Positions 18,791-29,265 are shown, counted from the first letter of the stretch. The stretch: DNA of 64,000 nucleotides from a virus (IMGVR_UViG_3300021387_000074), one strand, 5' to 3'. Notes: generated by a model from the sequence alone, not told the origin. Numbers and translations: made by a program.

Positions 18791-19764
18791 TGAATTTTGA
18801 AGAAGTAGAAATAATTTTAGAAGAAATATATGGAAACGCTGGAATTGTTTATCATAGGGGCAACGAAAATAAACTTTCTAGGCTTCTTGAAAAAAATTAT
18901 GTTAATTATAACAAAGTAGATTTTGATAATTGGGATAAAGCTTTATATACAACTTATGATTTAAAATCCCAAATAAAAAATAGTTCTCAGAACATGAAAG
19001 CTGTTTATGGAAAATACATTATAAAGTTATATGTAAAAGGTATTAGAAATTTTTGGTTTTGTGATTATAAAACATATTCTTTATATAATTCTTGCACTTT
19101 GGAAAACTGGAAACAACAACAATTTAATAAATTTAAGATACCGAAAGAATTTCAAAGTGTTTTGATGGGGAGTGATAAAAATGAAACTGCACATCATTCT
19201 GTCATTAGTAGATTTTTTGAAAAACAAAAATATTTAGCAACAAGGGTAAAAGGAATAGAATATAATTCATCTGCTGATGGTCACTGCTTGTTAATTTATG
19301 ATTGGTCTACTGCTGTTCCAATTTCATATAGCGAAGATGAAGGAAAGTCTTGGAAAAAAATTGAAAAAAATAAAACTTTATTTCAAAAAAACAAATTAAA
19401 AAATAATGATTATATTGAATTTTATAAAGAAAAAGTAGTAAGCCAAAACAGTAAGCCAAAAATAGAGGCTGTAGTTAAACAAAATGGAGATTGTGATTTC
19501 TCAAGAAAAGCTATTAAAACTTTAAGTGGAAAGAACTTGCCAGAAATAATAAATGGAAACTTTAACTGTAGTTATAATTTATTAACAAATTTAGATGGAG
19601 CACCAAAAAAAATAAAAAAAGATTTTATTTGTCATGGTAACAAATCACTAAAAAAAGCAAATATAATTAAGTATTTACAAGTAGCAGATATTGGTGGAAA
19701 AATTATTACAGATTTTGGAGAGTTTGATTCTAAAGCTGAAGCTTTAAAAAATTTTCCCTATTAA
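18790..19764 (+). CDS. ADP-ribosyltransferase-fold protein with leucine-rich-like repeat and NFPY tag
   Basis: IVYHRG...ALYTTYD...VYGKYIIKLYV...KGIEY...LLIYD pattern; GNFNCSYNLLTNLDGAPKKI repeat; ends ALKNFPY*. Confidence 0.5.
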   Translation: MNFEEVEIILEEIYGNAGIVYHRGNENKLSRLLEKNYVNYNKVDFDNWDKALYTTYDLKSQIKNSSQNMKAVYGKYIIKLYVKGIRNFWFCDYKTYSLYNSCTLENWKQQQFNKFKIPKEFQSVLMGSDKNETAHHSVISRFFEKQKYLATRVKGIEYNSSADGHCLLIYDWSTAVPISYSEDEGKSWKKIEKNKTLFQKNKLKNNDYIEFYKEKVVSQNSKPKIEAVVKQNGDCDFSRKAIKTLSGKNLPEIINGNFNCSYNLLTNLDGAPKKIKKDFICHGNKSLKKANIIKYLQVADIGGKIITDFGEFDSKAEALKNFPY

Positions 19765-19773
19765 GTTAATTAT

Positions 19774-20133
19774 ATGACATTTACAGAAGCAGGTGAACTG
19801 GCAGACGCCATAGATAAAATAGCAGATTCCGCATACTATAACCAAGGTGGGTTAAAAAAGAAAGCAAAACTTCGTAAGCTTTACAAAGAGATGGATGAAG
19901 TTGACGAAAAATTAGAAAAAGCCAAAAAAGAAAACGATAAAAAAGAAGAAGAAAAGTGCTTAAAAAAGATTAAAGAACTTATGGATAAACAGTATGAATT
20001 GGATCCAGATCCAATGTCAGACCCAGAGGGTTATATAAAATTCTATAATGATTTTTATAAAAAACATAAACTTTTAAGCAAACTTTCCAAGATAAGTTAC
20101 AATAGATACGAAAAAAAGGAAAGAAAAAATTAG
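19774..20133 (+). CDS. Hypothetical charged coiled-coil protein (leaderless late gene)
   Basis: AAGTTAA + 4 nt + ATG; K/E-rich. Confidence 0.7.
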   Translation: MTFTEAGELADAIDKIADSAYYNQGGLKKKAKLRKLYKEMDEVDEKLEKAKKENDKKEEEKCLKKIKELMDKQYELDPDPMSDPEGYIKFYNDFYKKHKLLSKLSKISYNRYEKKERKN

Positions 20134-20153
20134 GTTTAGAATAGGAGAATAAT

Positions 20154-20729
20154 ATGTATTTTCAAGAAGTAGTAAATATTATAGAAGATGAAGAATTAAA
20201 GAACGAAATAAAAAACCTGAAAGATGAAGCAAAAAAGAAAATAAAAGAGCACAAACAAGAAATAAAATATAAAAAACTTGAAAAAAAATATGATATAAAA
20301 CAAACAAAAAAATATTACAAAGAAAAGAAAAGATATGGATTTCCAGACATTCCAGAAGAAATAAAAAAAGAAACAAATTTTATTCTAGAACAGCTCAACA
20401 AAATTGCAAGAAAAGAACATTTTAAAGAGCATTTTGAGCTAAAAAAAATAAGATATGAACCTGGCGATAAATTAGAAAAAGATTTTACAAGTGAACCAGA
20501 TTTTTCTGCAACTTTTACTCCAGAAACTTATTTTTCTCATAACAACTTATTTTATATAATAAGAAACAAAGACTTTATAGAAAATATAAAGAAAAATTGC
20601 AAATATTTTTTAGATATAGATTCTGATTATACTATATTTTATTTTAAAGTTCCAGAAGGTTTGAAAAAGCTTTATGAAACTGAATTTACAAGAACAAAGC
20701 ATGGTGAAAAGCATAAATATGAGGAATAG
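20154..20729 (+). CDS. Putative internal head protein
   Basis: MYFQEVVNIIEDEE leader; SD aggag. Confidence 0.55.
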   Translation: MYFQEVVNIIEDEELKNEIKNLKDEAKKKIKEHKQEIKYKKLEKKYDIKQTKKYYKEKKRYGFPDIPEEIKKETNFILEQLNKIARKEHFKEHFELKKIRYEPGDKLEKDFTSEPDFSATFTPETYFSHNNLFYIIRNKDFIENIKKNCKYFLDIDSDYTIFYFKVPEGLKKLYETEFTRTKHGEKHKYEE

Positions 20730-20737
20730 GAGATAAT

Positions 20738-21982
20738 ATGGATTTTCAAGACGCAATAAACATAGTAGAAGGAATTCAAGCCCTTGAGAAAGGAAAAAAA
20801 GGATGTATCCTTTTTGATATAGATGACTGCTTACTTCAGGCAGATTCAAAGGCTATTGGTATTATAAAAAGAGAACCTGGAAAAGACCCAGTTAGACTTT
20901 CTACAGACCAATACGCAAAAGACCCCGATGCAGCAACTCATAGAGATTGGTTCTCTTATGAAGAGTTCAGAGACCCAGAAAAAGTATACGCATCAATCGT
21001 AGGCGGAACACCACTTCTTAGACAGATGAGATTGCTTGACGCACATATCAAAGCAAACTATGATATCGCTTTCTTGACAGCTAGAGGCTTGCAAGACGTT
21101 GTAGATGCTGCTTTAAGAGCATTCTTGAAAGTAAAAGACGCTAATGGTAATTTATCTCCTATTGGTGATAGACTTAAGTCAGAAATTTCTGCAGCAGTAA
21201 ATGACGAAATTAAAGCATACCCTGGAGCAAACGACCCAGAGAAAAAAGGTATGGTAATCAAGAACATTTGCCAGAAATATGACAAGGTTAAGTTTGTTGA
21301 TGATGATTTGAAGAATGTAAACTTCGCCAAATCTTTGAAGTTGCCAAATCTTCAAGTTATTCTTGCTAACAAAGCACCACTTACAAGAGGAATAACAGAA
21401 GACGTTTTAGAGGAAGAAATTTCTAAAAAGGTCACAAAGAAACTTGACAAACTTGAGAAGTTAGCAGAAAAGTTTAATAAACAAGCAAGGCAAGCAAATG
21501 CCAAAATGATGGTTTATTTAAGATCAAAAGAAGGCAAAGAACTTTCAGAAAGCAAACAGGAAAAACTTTTCAAAGTAGCTCTTCAATTAAATAAAGCCCA
21601 GCAGGAATTAAAGAATATAAAAGAATTAAAAAAATTCAACGATAAAACTAGTCCTGTATCAAAAGAAGACGCTAAGAAATTAGAAAAAGAAATAATGGGA
21701 GTTATAAAAGAAACAAAAAGACAAATAAAAGATAGTATGGACGATCCAATAGTTAAAACAATTCTTAGAGATGCTGGAGTTTTATCTATATTCGTTGGTT
21801 TGCCTTCAATTTTGTCAGCAATTATATTTGATGGAATTCCAACTCTTGGACCAGCTGGTGTTGCTGTTGGTGTTTATGATGTTGGTGTAGCTCACCATAA
21901 CAGAAAAGCTGCAAGATATAGAGCCTTAGGAACCACAAGAGAAATAAAATATTCTTCTAAAAAGAAGGAGACAGAAGACTAA
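20738..21982 (+). CDS. HAD-superfamily phosphatase fused to coiled-coil and C-terminal TM region
   Basis: ILFDIDDCLL (motif I), FLTARG (II), PEKK (III), FVDDD (IV); leader MDFQDAINIVE; internal ITEDVLEEE. Confidence 0.75.
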   Translation: MDFQDAINIVEGIQALEKGKKGCILFDIDDCLLQADSKAIGIIKREPGKDPVRLSTDQYAKDPDAATHRDWFSYEEFRDPEKVYASIVGGTPLLRQMRLLDAHIKANYDIAFLTARGLQDVVDAALRAFLKVKDANGNLSPIGDRLKSEISAAVNDEIKAYPGANDPEKKGMVIKNICQKYDKVKFVDDDLKNVNFAKSLKLPNLQVILANKAPLTRGITEDVLEEEISKKVTKKLDKLEKLAEKFNKQARQANAKMMVYLRSKEGKELSESKQEKLFKVALQLNKAQQELKNIKELKKFNDKTSPVSKEDAKKLEKEIMGVIKETKRQIKDSMDDPIVKTILRDAGVLSIFVGLPSILSAIIFDGIPTLGPAGVAVGVYDVGVAHHNRKAARYRALGTTREIKYSSKKKETED

Positions 21983-21983
21983 T

Positions 21984-22277
21984 ATGTTTACAAATATAAA
22001 AGTAAAATATAAAAATGAATATTATAATGTTAAAGCATGTTACAACTCTGAAAATAAACAATATAGTTATTTAACTCTTAAAATTAAACCAGAAGAAGAA
22101 ACAGACCCCAAGGCAATTGCTAAACAAAATAAAATTTTTGCTTTGGCTTTAAAAATATTAAATAAAAAAACAAAAAGTAAATATGAAATGTACGAAGCTG
22201 AATGCGAAGATGGAGAAGTTACTTTTTGGATTTATCAAAAAAAGAAGGCAATCAAGGAAGACTATTTCCCTTACTAA
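21984..22277 (+). CDS. Small protein with YFPY tag
   Basis: Ends AIKEDYFPY*. Confidence 0.65.
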   Translation: MFTNIKVKYKNEYYNVKACYNSENKQYSYLTLKIKPEEETDPKAIAKQNKIFALALKILNKKTKSKYEMYEAECEDGEVTFWIYQKKKAIKEDYFPY

Positions 22278-22280
22278 TTC

Positions 22281-22305
22281 AAAAGCCCGCTAATTAGCGG
22301 GCTTT
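22281..22305 (+). terminator. Rho-independent terminator
   Basis: aaagcccgcta-at-tagcgggcttt inverted repeat. Confidence 0.85.
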
Positions 22306-22323
22306 ATTATTTAAGTTAATTGT

Positions 22324-23157
22324 ATGACAATTAACGATATATTAAATGAAGTAAATGTAGAATTTGGTAATGGACAATCTTTAGCTGTTACTGATGCTCT
22401 CAAACAGAGAACTACTTATGATAAAACTGGAGCCAAAGACGAGCTTTATACAAAGACGGCAGATTTAGCAACTCGTAGAGTAAATACTAAAGGTAGTGTT
22501 GCAAACGTTATTGAATATCTTAAAAAGAAAGGTGTTTGGGACAAGGTTGCAACCAAGCAGAGTTTTAGAACTACAGATTTAGTATTCAAAGCTGATGGTT
22601 CTTGTCAGGTTAATTATGACGATGGTGGTGGAATTTTAATTCCAAAAGAAGTTGTAAATGTGACAACGCCAATAGCACAAAAAACATTTGTTCAGAAATT
22701 TAGAGAAAAAATTCAGGCTTCTACAATTACTGAAGAAATCTTAGAAGAAGACGTAAAAGAAAAAATTGCAAAATTTGTAAAAACTAAACTAATCCCATGC
22801 GCTGTTGTTGCTGGAATTATGGCAGGCGGAGTTGCCGCAGTTAGCGCTTCAACTAAAAGCATGGTAAACAGCGTTAAGAAAACTGTTAAAATTTTAACCG
22901 CAAACAAAGATAAAGTGCAAGCAGTAGTAGGAAACGATAACATTTCTTATGACGCAAATAAAAATATTTTAACGGTAAATGGAAAGTCAAAAAAAGCAAG
23001 CGACAGTGTTCAGGATGCTTGGTGGGACGCTTTCCCAGACGAGACAGATGTAGAGTTTACAGACGAAAAGGTTGGTAGTGATACACTACAAAGACTGCAG
23101 CCTGCCCAATTAAATCCAACTGGACGCAACATTCAAGAAGATTATTTTCCATATTAA
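22324..23157 (+). CDS. Putative internal head polyprotein with YFPY tag
   Basis: MTINDILNE leader, internal ITEEILEED followed by a hydrophobic segment, ends IQEDYFPY*. Confidence 0.6.
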   Translation: MTINDILNEVNVEFGNGQSLAVTDALKQRTTYDKTGAKDELYTKTADLATRRVNTKGSVANVIEYLKKKGVWDKVATKQSFRTTDLVFKADGSCQVNYDDGGGILIPKEVVNVTTPIAQKTFVQKFREKIQASTITEEILEEDVKEKIAKFVKTKLIPCAVVAGIMAGGVAAVSASTKSMVNSVKKTVKILTANKDKVQAVVGNDNISYDANKNILTVNGKSKKASDSVQDAWWDAFPDETDVEFTDEKVGSDTLQRLQPAQLNPTGRNIQEDYFPY

Positions 23158-23160
23158 TTT

Positions 23161-23188
23161 AAAAGCCAGTTTGGTTAGACTGGCTTTT
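23161..23188 (+). terminator. Rho-independent terminator
   Basis: aaaagccagt-N8-actggctttt. Confidence 0.8.
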
Positions 23189-23229
23189 AAGTTTCGATTA
23201 TTAAAGTTAATAAAAGGATAAGATAAAAT

Positions 23230-24372
23230 ATGATTACAGAAAATTCTTTAAAAATATTATTGGAAGGAAAACCAACTTTACAAAGAGATATAATGCTTAA
23301 AGCAAAACCGTTTTTAAAAAAATATGGAATTGATTTTGACTTAAGTAATTATCAGAATGATGGCTATTTAAGAGCTGGCGGATACAAATTTTGGTTTGAT
23401 GATGAAGAAAGAGATTTCAGAACAAATGAGCCAAAATATGCTGGCAAAGGTTTTGCTGACATAAGAGAATTGTTAGCATATGCTCTTGATATAAAAGAAG
23501 CAGAAAAAGAACATAGAAATACTTGGGGGCTTCAAACTTATTTGGCTAGATCAAAACCAAACAAAGGATATAGCAACAATCTTTATAAGAAAGTTGTATC
23601 AGAAGAAGTTCTTGAAGAAAGTGAACTTTCAAGAGCAAAAGCAGATGTTGCTTACAGAGAACTAGAAAAGAAAATTAAAGAAAAAGGCTGGGCCATTAAC
23701 CAATATATGAATGATAGAAAGGAACGTTCTAGACTTTCACCAAACGAGATGTTTGTAAATAAAGGAAACATTGGTGGTCAATTATATATCTTAGATTTAA
23801 AAACTGGTATTGCAAAGCCAGAAGGTGAAATTAATGTTGGTAGAGACCAAGAGTTAATGACACTTTTTAAGACTGCAAGACACTATTTCCAAAAGAATGA
23901 TGGTAATGGAAATTATCCTGAAAACTCTTATCAAACAAGACTCTTTTCTAAATCTGAATACGAAAAAGGAAAAAAATATGAAAGAGAAGGAAAATACAAT
24001 CCTGCTTATGATTTATCAGATAACAGATATAAATCCAATAGCCATGTTCGTTTAAGAGATAGAAATTATGCATCAAAAGCACTTAAAGAAGAAACTATTG
24101 TAGAGGGTTCTCATCACGCAAAATATTCACCAGCAATTAATTATAAATGTGTTAATAATTATTTGATTAAGGCGAGAAAAGCACTTAAAGAAGGAAATAT
24201 AAAAGAAGCTGAAAAGTGGGCTTGGGAAGCTAATATAACAATGCACGAAGATGAAATGCAAGGGCCAGGAGTTGCTGCTGATAAAAATGCTTATAACATT
24301 TTTCACAAGCAACTTAGCAATATACATAGCGCTATTTTAGCAGCAAAAAAAGCAAATAAGGAGAACAACTAA
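23230..24372 (+). CDS. Putative internal head polyprotein (three modules separated by x-x-E sites)
   Basis: KILLE|G, EEVLEE|S, EETIVE|G. Confidence 0.55.
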   Translation: MITENSLKILLEGKPTLQRDIMLKAKPFLKKYGIDFDLSNYQNDGYLRAGGYKFWFDDEERDFRTNEPKYAGKGFADIRELLAYALDIKEAEKEHRNTWGLQTYLARSKPNKGYSNNLYKKVVSEEVLEESELSRAKADVAYRELEKKIKEKGWAINQYMNDRKERSRLSPNEMFVNKGNIGGQLYILDLKTGIAKPEGEINVGRDQELMTLFKTARHYFQKNDGNGNYPENSYQTRLFSKSEYEKGKKYEREGKYNPAYDLSDNRYKSNSHVRLRDRNYASKALKEETIVEGSHHAKYSPAINYKCVNNYLIKARKALKEGNIKEAEKWAWEANITMHEDEMQGPGVAADKNAYNIFHKQLSNIHSAILAAKKANKENN

Positions 24373-24995
24373 TGAACTATTTTATGAAATGTCAACTTTT
24401 ATCTGAAGGATTTAAGCATGATCAACTTATAGAAGAGGATTGGGAAGAACTTAAAAAGCAGCTTGCCGATTTATATGCAAAAAACGAAATAACTCAAAGA
24501 CAAGTTCAAACAAGACTTGCCAGAGCTGGCTGTACTTATGCTGCTCATCACGCTCAGAAAATTGCAGATGAGAGAGGTGGAGAAAGACAAGCAATTCTTG
24601 ATAAAATAGAAAAAGAAAAACAAGAAAAGGCAATGAGAGCCGCTGCAGAAGCTCAGGCTGCTAAACATCAAACAAGAGGTTCTGCGGCCGCTGAATACAA
24701 CAGCGAAGCAAGCAGAGCTGCTTGGCTAAAAGCTGCTAATGAATATAGAGCAAGAAAAGAAAAAGAAAGACAGAATCTTTCTCATAGCTTTACAAAAGCT
24801 TGGAACAATCACGAAGTTGGTAATATCGTAAAAGCAAAAGTTGTTAAAGAAAACGTATTTGAAAATATGTTTAATAAACTTTGCGAAATGGAAGAAGAGT
24901 TAAATATTGAACTTACAGAAGAACAGGTTGCTAATCTTTTCGAAGAAGTATTTGAAGAAATAGTTGAAGAGAAATCTAACTATTTTAATTACTAA
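24372..24995 (+). CDS. Putative internal head protein with YFNY tag
   Basis: LLSEG...LIEED leader, Ala-rich helices, ends IVEEKSNYFNY*. Confidence 0.6.
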   Translation: MNYFMKCQLLSEGFKHDQLIEEDWEELKKQLADLYAKNEITQRQVQTRLARAGCTYAAHHAQKIADERGGERQAILDKIEKEKQEKAMRAAAEAQAAKHQTRGSAAAEYNSEASRAAWLKAANEYRARKEKERQNLSHSFTKAWNNHEVGNIVKAKVVKENVFENMFNKLCEMEEELNIELTEEQVANLFEEVFEEIVEEKSNYFNY

Positions 24996-25017
24996 GTTAA
25001 ATATATTGGAGAATAAT

Positions 25018-25938
25018 ATGAAAACATTGAATGAAGGTGAAGCACTTAATAAAATAAAGAAAGGTTTAAAGGGAGCAGCTATCGGTGCTGGAGTACTTGG
25101 AGCAACTGCTGCAGGTATAACTGGCTATGGTGCTGTTAATGGCGTAAAACAAGCAAGAGCAGAAAAAGCAGCTCTGGAAAGACAGGCAGAGGAAGAAAGA
25201 GCAGCAAAGGATAAGTTTGCAAATGATCTTTCTCAAAATCTTCACAAAAGAGGTGTTGAAGTATCAGATTATGCAACAACAAGCGCTAGAGGTGCTAAAG
25301 AAATAGCTGCTTTTGCTAAAGCTTACGAAAATGGAACCTTTGAAGGTGACGTAGACGATAAAGTTAACGAGCTTTGTGATAAATATGGAGTAGATAATTA
25401 TATTAAAGTTCTTAATGGTCTTGAGGTTGCAAACAAAGCAAAAACCAGATTAAAAACTGCAGCTATAACTTTTAAAACAAATGCTAAATTAGCAGCAAAA
25501 GAAGGTGCAACAAAAGTAAAAGAAGGCGCAGTAAAAGTAAAAGAATTCTTACAGAAAAAAGCTAACTCAGCAATGCAAGAGGCAAAAAACAAAAAAGTAT
25601 TGCATGATGAAAAAAAGATAGCAGCAGAAATGAAAAATTATGTTGCATCATTGGCTGAAGAAATGAATGGAGCCTCACATACAATATATAATGCATATAG
25701 AGATGATTCTAGTTCTTGGGATCTGATTCCTTTTTGCCAAAAAGAATATTTAAAAGGGCTTATTTTAAGAGAGGGCGAAGAAAATGTAAAAAAAGCCATT
25801 GGACTTTTAAAAACTCAAGATTTTGGAGAACGAAAAATTACTTCTCAGTATGTTTGGAGTCATCAATACAAAAAAGCTGTTGAAGAGCTAAAGGATAGTG
25901 GTTTTTTAAAAGAAGAAGTAAATTATTTCCCTTACTAA
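25018..25938 (+). CDS. Putative internal head/ejection protein with YFPY tag
   Basis: Start moved to ATG 25018 (SD ggag); MKTLNE|G then GAAIGAGVLGATAAG; ends LKEEVNYFPY*. Confidence 0.6.
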   Translation: MKTLNEGEALNKIKKGLKGAAIGAGVLGATAAGITGYGAVNGVKQARAEKAALERQAEEERAAKDKFANDLSQNLHKRGVEVSDYATTSARGAKEIAAFAKAYENGTFEGDVDDKVNELCDKYGVDNYIKVLNGLEVANKAKTRLKTAAITFKTNAKLAAKEGATKVKEGAVKVKEFLQKKANSAMQEAKNKKVLHDEKKIAAEMKNYVASLAEEMNGASHTIYNAYRDDSSSWDLIPFCQKEYLKGLILREGEENVKKAIGLLKTQDFGERKITSQYVWSHQYKKAVEELKDSGFLKEEVNYFPY

Positions 25939-25956
25939 TTAAAATTGATTAATTAC

Positions 25957-25982
25957 AGCCCGTCTAATAGACGGGCTTTTTT
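25957..25982 (+). terminator. Rho-independent terminator
   Basis: agcccgtct-aat-agacgggct followed by T run. Confidence 0.85.
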
Positions 25983-25998
25983 ATTTTAAGTTAATTAT

Positions 25999-27930
25999 AT
26001 GACAGAAAAAGAGAGAAAATTTAAAGAGTCTATATTAAAGAAAATACAAGACTATGAAATAAAAAAAGATAAAAACACATATGTCACTTTCAATGATTGC
26101 TTAAAGCATGCAAAAAATCAATTTGTTGAAACTGTTTATTACGACCAATCTAGAGAATTAATAGATGTTGGTATTGAAACATATTTATGTCGAAAATCAC
26201 CATATTATTTTATTTCTAGATATTGTTCTTTTACGCTTCCTGGTGTTGGCGAACTTCCAGGAAGTAATTTATATTACTACCAAAAAGAAATTCTTAAAGA
26301 CTTTATTTTTCATAAAAAGGTTGTTTTGACAAAATCTCGTCAGACTGGTCTTTCAACACTTATGGCTTTAATCTTCTTTTGGAGAATTGTATTCTTCGAT
26401 TCTCAATGGGGTGTTGTAATATCTAAAGACGGTAAATCTTCTACAGATGTTTATGAAAAGATAAAAGACAATTTTAAAAACATTCCTTATTGGCTTGGTG
26501 TAAAAGATGTTATAAACAACCAAAAGGGTTGTAAGTTTAGTAATAAATCAAAAATAGATACATTCGCAAGGTCTAAATCAGCAGGTCGTGGTACTTCACC
26601 TACTATACTTTTACTTGATGAATTTGGTTTTTATCAGACAAAAGGTATTGCTGAAGGTATTGTTTCTTCAGTAGTTCCATCTGCAGCTAAAACGGGTGCT
26701 CCTATATTCATTGTTTCTACGCCTAATGGTACAACTGGTGAAGGACAATTATACTACGAACAAGTACAAGAATTAAAAAATTGCGGTGGCTATGACCCAA
26801 TGACAGAAGCCGTCCTTTACGATGTTCAGTGGTGGATGTGTCCTGACTACCCAACAATTACACCACACAAAGGATACAATGATAAACTAAAATATTTTGA
26901 GGATAGAGATTACTGGAACAACCCAGAAGTAAAAAAAGAAGCAGAAGAATTCTTTAAACCAATAGCAGAAAAACCAAAAGAGAATCCTTGGCTTGCTTAT
27001 CAGTTTAAAACTTCTGGTGAAGTAAAATATCGTCAGGAAATTCTTCAAGATTTCGTTGTAATGGGAAACTCTGTATTCTCAAAAACTGTTTTGGAGAAGG
27101 TTCAAGAAAAGGTTTTAAATCCTGTGAAGGAAGGAGACCTTGGCACAAGAAACTGGAAAGGTTTATGGTATTGGCTATTACCAGAAAAGGGACACAGATA
27201 TGGTATTGGAATGGACGTTGCAAAAGGAACGGCAGACGACTCTACTTCTATTCAAGTTCTTGATATAGATACTGGTGAACAAGTGGCAGAATACCTTGGA
27301 AGAATTTCAACAAAAGAAGCAGCTAGGCTTGTTTGCGATTTGGGAAAATATTACAATCATGCATATGTTTATGTAGAATGTAACTCTATTGGTGAAGCAG
27401 TATTTAACGATTTGTATTATAATTATAATTATGAAAATATGTACAAGATGAAGAAAATCAACAAGCACGATAAAACTATGGTTTGGACTGGTTGGATGAC
27501 AACAATGAAGTCCCGTGAAATGATAACAGACTGCTTTATTGATTATATGTCAGATGACGATTATTGGCCGTTGTTCCATCCACATTCACAACGTCTTGTA
27601 GACCAGATGAAAACTTGGGTTTGGGCAGGTGGAAGACCAGACCATACAGAAGGTTCACACGATGATGATATAATGGCTATGGCTATTTTGCTTTATAATT
27701 TGCCTAAGATTAGACAGATTGTACCAAAAGAGGGTGGAGCAAAGAAGGTTGCCTTTATTAATGAGAAAGGTAAAGAAGTTTCTTTGGGCGCTTACAATAA
27801 CGATGAATATAATAGTGCTTATGAAGAGAGAAAAGAAATGGCTGTTGACAAAATTAAGGAGAATTTAGGCTTAATGGATACGCCTTTTGAGGAAGATGCA
27901 TTAAGTATTTATTCTTGGCTTATAAGTTAA
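25999..27930 (+). CDS. terL: Terminase large subunit (T4 gp17-like)
   Basis: YYYQ adenine-binding, Walker A KSRQTGLST, Walker B LLLDEFG, VSTPNG coupling motif, nuclease GMDVAKG and HDDDIMA. Confidence 0.95.
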   Translation: MTEKERKFKESILKKIQDYEIKKDKNTYVTFNDCLKHAKNQFVETVYYDQSRELIDVGIETYLCRKSPYYFISRYCSFTLPGVGELPGSNLYYYQKEILKDFIFHKKVVLTKSRQTGLSTLMALIFFWRIVFFDSQWGVVISKDGKSSTDVYEKIKDNFKNIPYWLGVKDVINNQKGCKFSNKSKIDTFARSKSAGRGTSPTILLLDEFGFYQTKGIAEGIVSSVVPSAAKTGAPIFIVSTPNGTTGEGQLYYEQVQELKNCGGYDPMTEAVLYDVQWWMCPDYPTITPHKGYNDKLKYFEDRDYWNNPEVKKEAEEFFKPIAEKPKENPWLAYQFKTSGEVKYRQEILQDFVVMGNSVFSKTVLEKVQEKVLNPVKEGDLGTRNWKGLWYWLLPEKGHRYGIGMDVAKGTADDSTSIQVLDIDTGEQVAEYLGRISTKEAARLVCDLGKYYNHAYVYVECNSIGEAVFNDLYYNYNYENMYKMKKINKHDKTMVWTGWMTTMKSREMITDCFIDYMSDDDYWPLFHPHSQRLVDQMKTWVWAGGRPDHTEGSHDDDIMAMAILLYNLPKIRQIVPKEGGAKKVAFINEKGKEVSLGAYNNDEYNSAYEERKEMAVDKIKENLGLMDTPFEEDALSIYSWLIS

Positions 27931-27951
27931 TTAATATAAAAGGAGAACTCA

Positions 27952-29259
27952 ATGAATATTGATTTTTTACTAGAGGCAGTTAAAGAAGACCCTCAGACAT
28001 ATAGAGACTTGGCAAGATTTGCAAGAGATAATCCAAAACCAAAAGCAAACCCATTGGCAGCTCGTATGGCGGCAGAGCAGGCTAGAAAAGATGCGCATAG
28101 AGGTGCAGCTGCAGATTCAAGAGATGTTAAGCGTGTAAGTGACTATGATAAAGTAGGTGGTATTACAACATTGGGTGATTTGGCCGCTAAATATGATTCA
28201 ATTAAAACTGCTAAAAGAAATTTAGCTCTCGCTGTTTTAAAGGTTGAAAGAGCACTTAGCTGTCAAACTGAAGAAGGTCACGATTTAAACGAAAAGAATA
28301 TACCTGCTGCAGTTAACAAAGCAGTTGTTGGACTTCAAGAAGCATTAACAAAGGCTAAAACAGTTGGCGCTGTTAATAGTGGTGTAATTAATTATTACAA
28401 AGAACTTATTAAAGACTGTAAACAGAACATTGACCTAGAAGACGAAGTAGAAAGAAACAGTGCAGTTAGAGATGTTGTTCTTAATACTAAGAGATTTGGT
28501 CTTGATAAATATATTAATGATTCAGACAGCCCAGTTCCAAAGAATACACCAGTTGGACCAGAAAAAGCTTCTTGGTTAGCAAACATTCATGGTGAAAATG
28601 GAAAAGATAGCAGAAATGCAAAACTTAAGAAAGCAGATAAAGAAGTAGAAGACGCATCATATGCAAAAATGAAGGAGATTGCTTCAGCTTCTGAAAGACT
28701 TAGAACAGCTATCAGAAAGGGTGATTTGCCAGAAGGCTCATCAATCAAAGATTTGATTGCGAAAGAAAATAAAGAAAGAGCTGCTGAAGGAAAACCAACT
28801 TCGCAGAGATATACTAACAATTTCCAGAATATGGCTTCACCAGAAAGACTTAAGGAACTTAATATTTCTACTTTGAAAGATAGACCAGTTGAAGGTTGTG
28901 ATAATGTAAAAGCTCTTGTTAAGAAATGGAAAGAAAACGGAAAACAGCCAGCAGGACAAATTGAAATTGTTTATCGTCCAGCTAAACTCCCAGAGGGAGC
29001 TGCTAAATACGATGTTCAGACAAAGCCAGTTGTTTATATTGCTGGAAATTATTATTCTGTTCCACAGAACGATTTGTTCACTAAATCTCAAAATGGTATA
29101 GCAATGCCAGAAGATAAAGATGGAAATCCAAACCCTTACATTGGTTATGTAAGACCTTACAAGGTATCACAAAAAGATCCAAAGCATGCTGACATAAGAG
29201 CAAAACTTAAGGTTCATTCTTCTGTAGTTACAGAGGAAGTAAACTTCTTTAATTACTAA
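27952..29259 (+). CDS. Putative internal head protein with FFNY tag
   Basis: MNIDFLLE|A leader; ends VVTEEVNFFNY*. Confidence 0.6.
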   Translation: MNIDFLLEAVKEDPQTYRDLARFARDNPKPKANPLAARMAAEQARKDAHRGAAADSRDVKRVSDYDKVGGITTLGDLAAKYDSIKTAKRNLALAVLKVERALSCQTEEGHDLNEKNIPAAVNKAVVGLQEALTKAKTVGAVNSGVINYYKELIKDCKQNIDLEDEVERNSAVRDVVLNTKRFGLDKYINDSDSPVPKNTPVGPEKASWLANIHGENGKDSRNAKLKKADKEVEDASYAKMKEIASASERLRTAIRKGDLPEGSSIKDLIAKENKERAAEGKPTSQRYTNNFQNMASPERLKELNISTLKDRPVEGCDNVKALVKKWKENGKQPAGQIEIVYRPAKLPEGAAKYDVQTKPVVYIAGNYYSVPQNDLFTKSQNGIAMPEDKDGNPNPYIGYVRPYKVSQKDPKHADIRAKLKVHSSVVTEEVNFFNY

Positions 29260-29265
29260 AAAATC

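Noticed and set aside
25999-27930. Intein or intron in terminase
   Set aside because: Motifs are contiguous at normal spacing and no splicing motifs are visible
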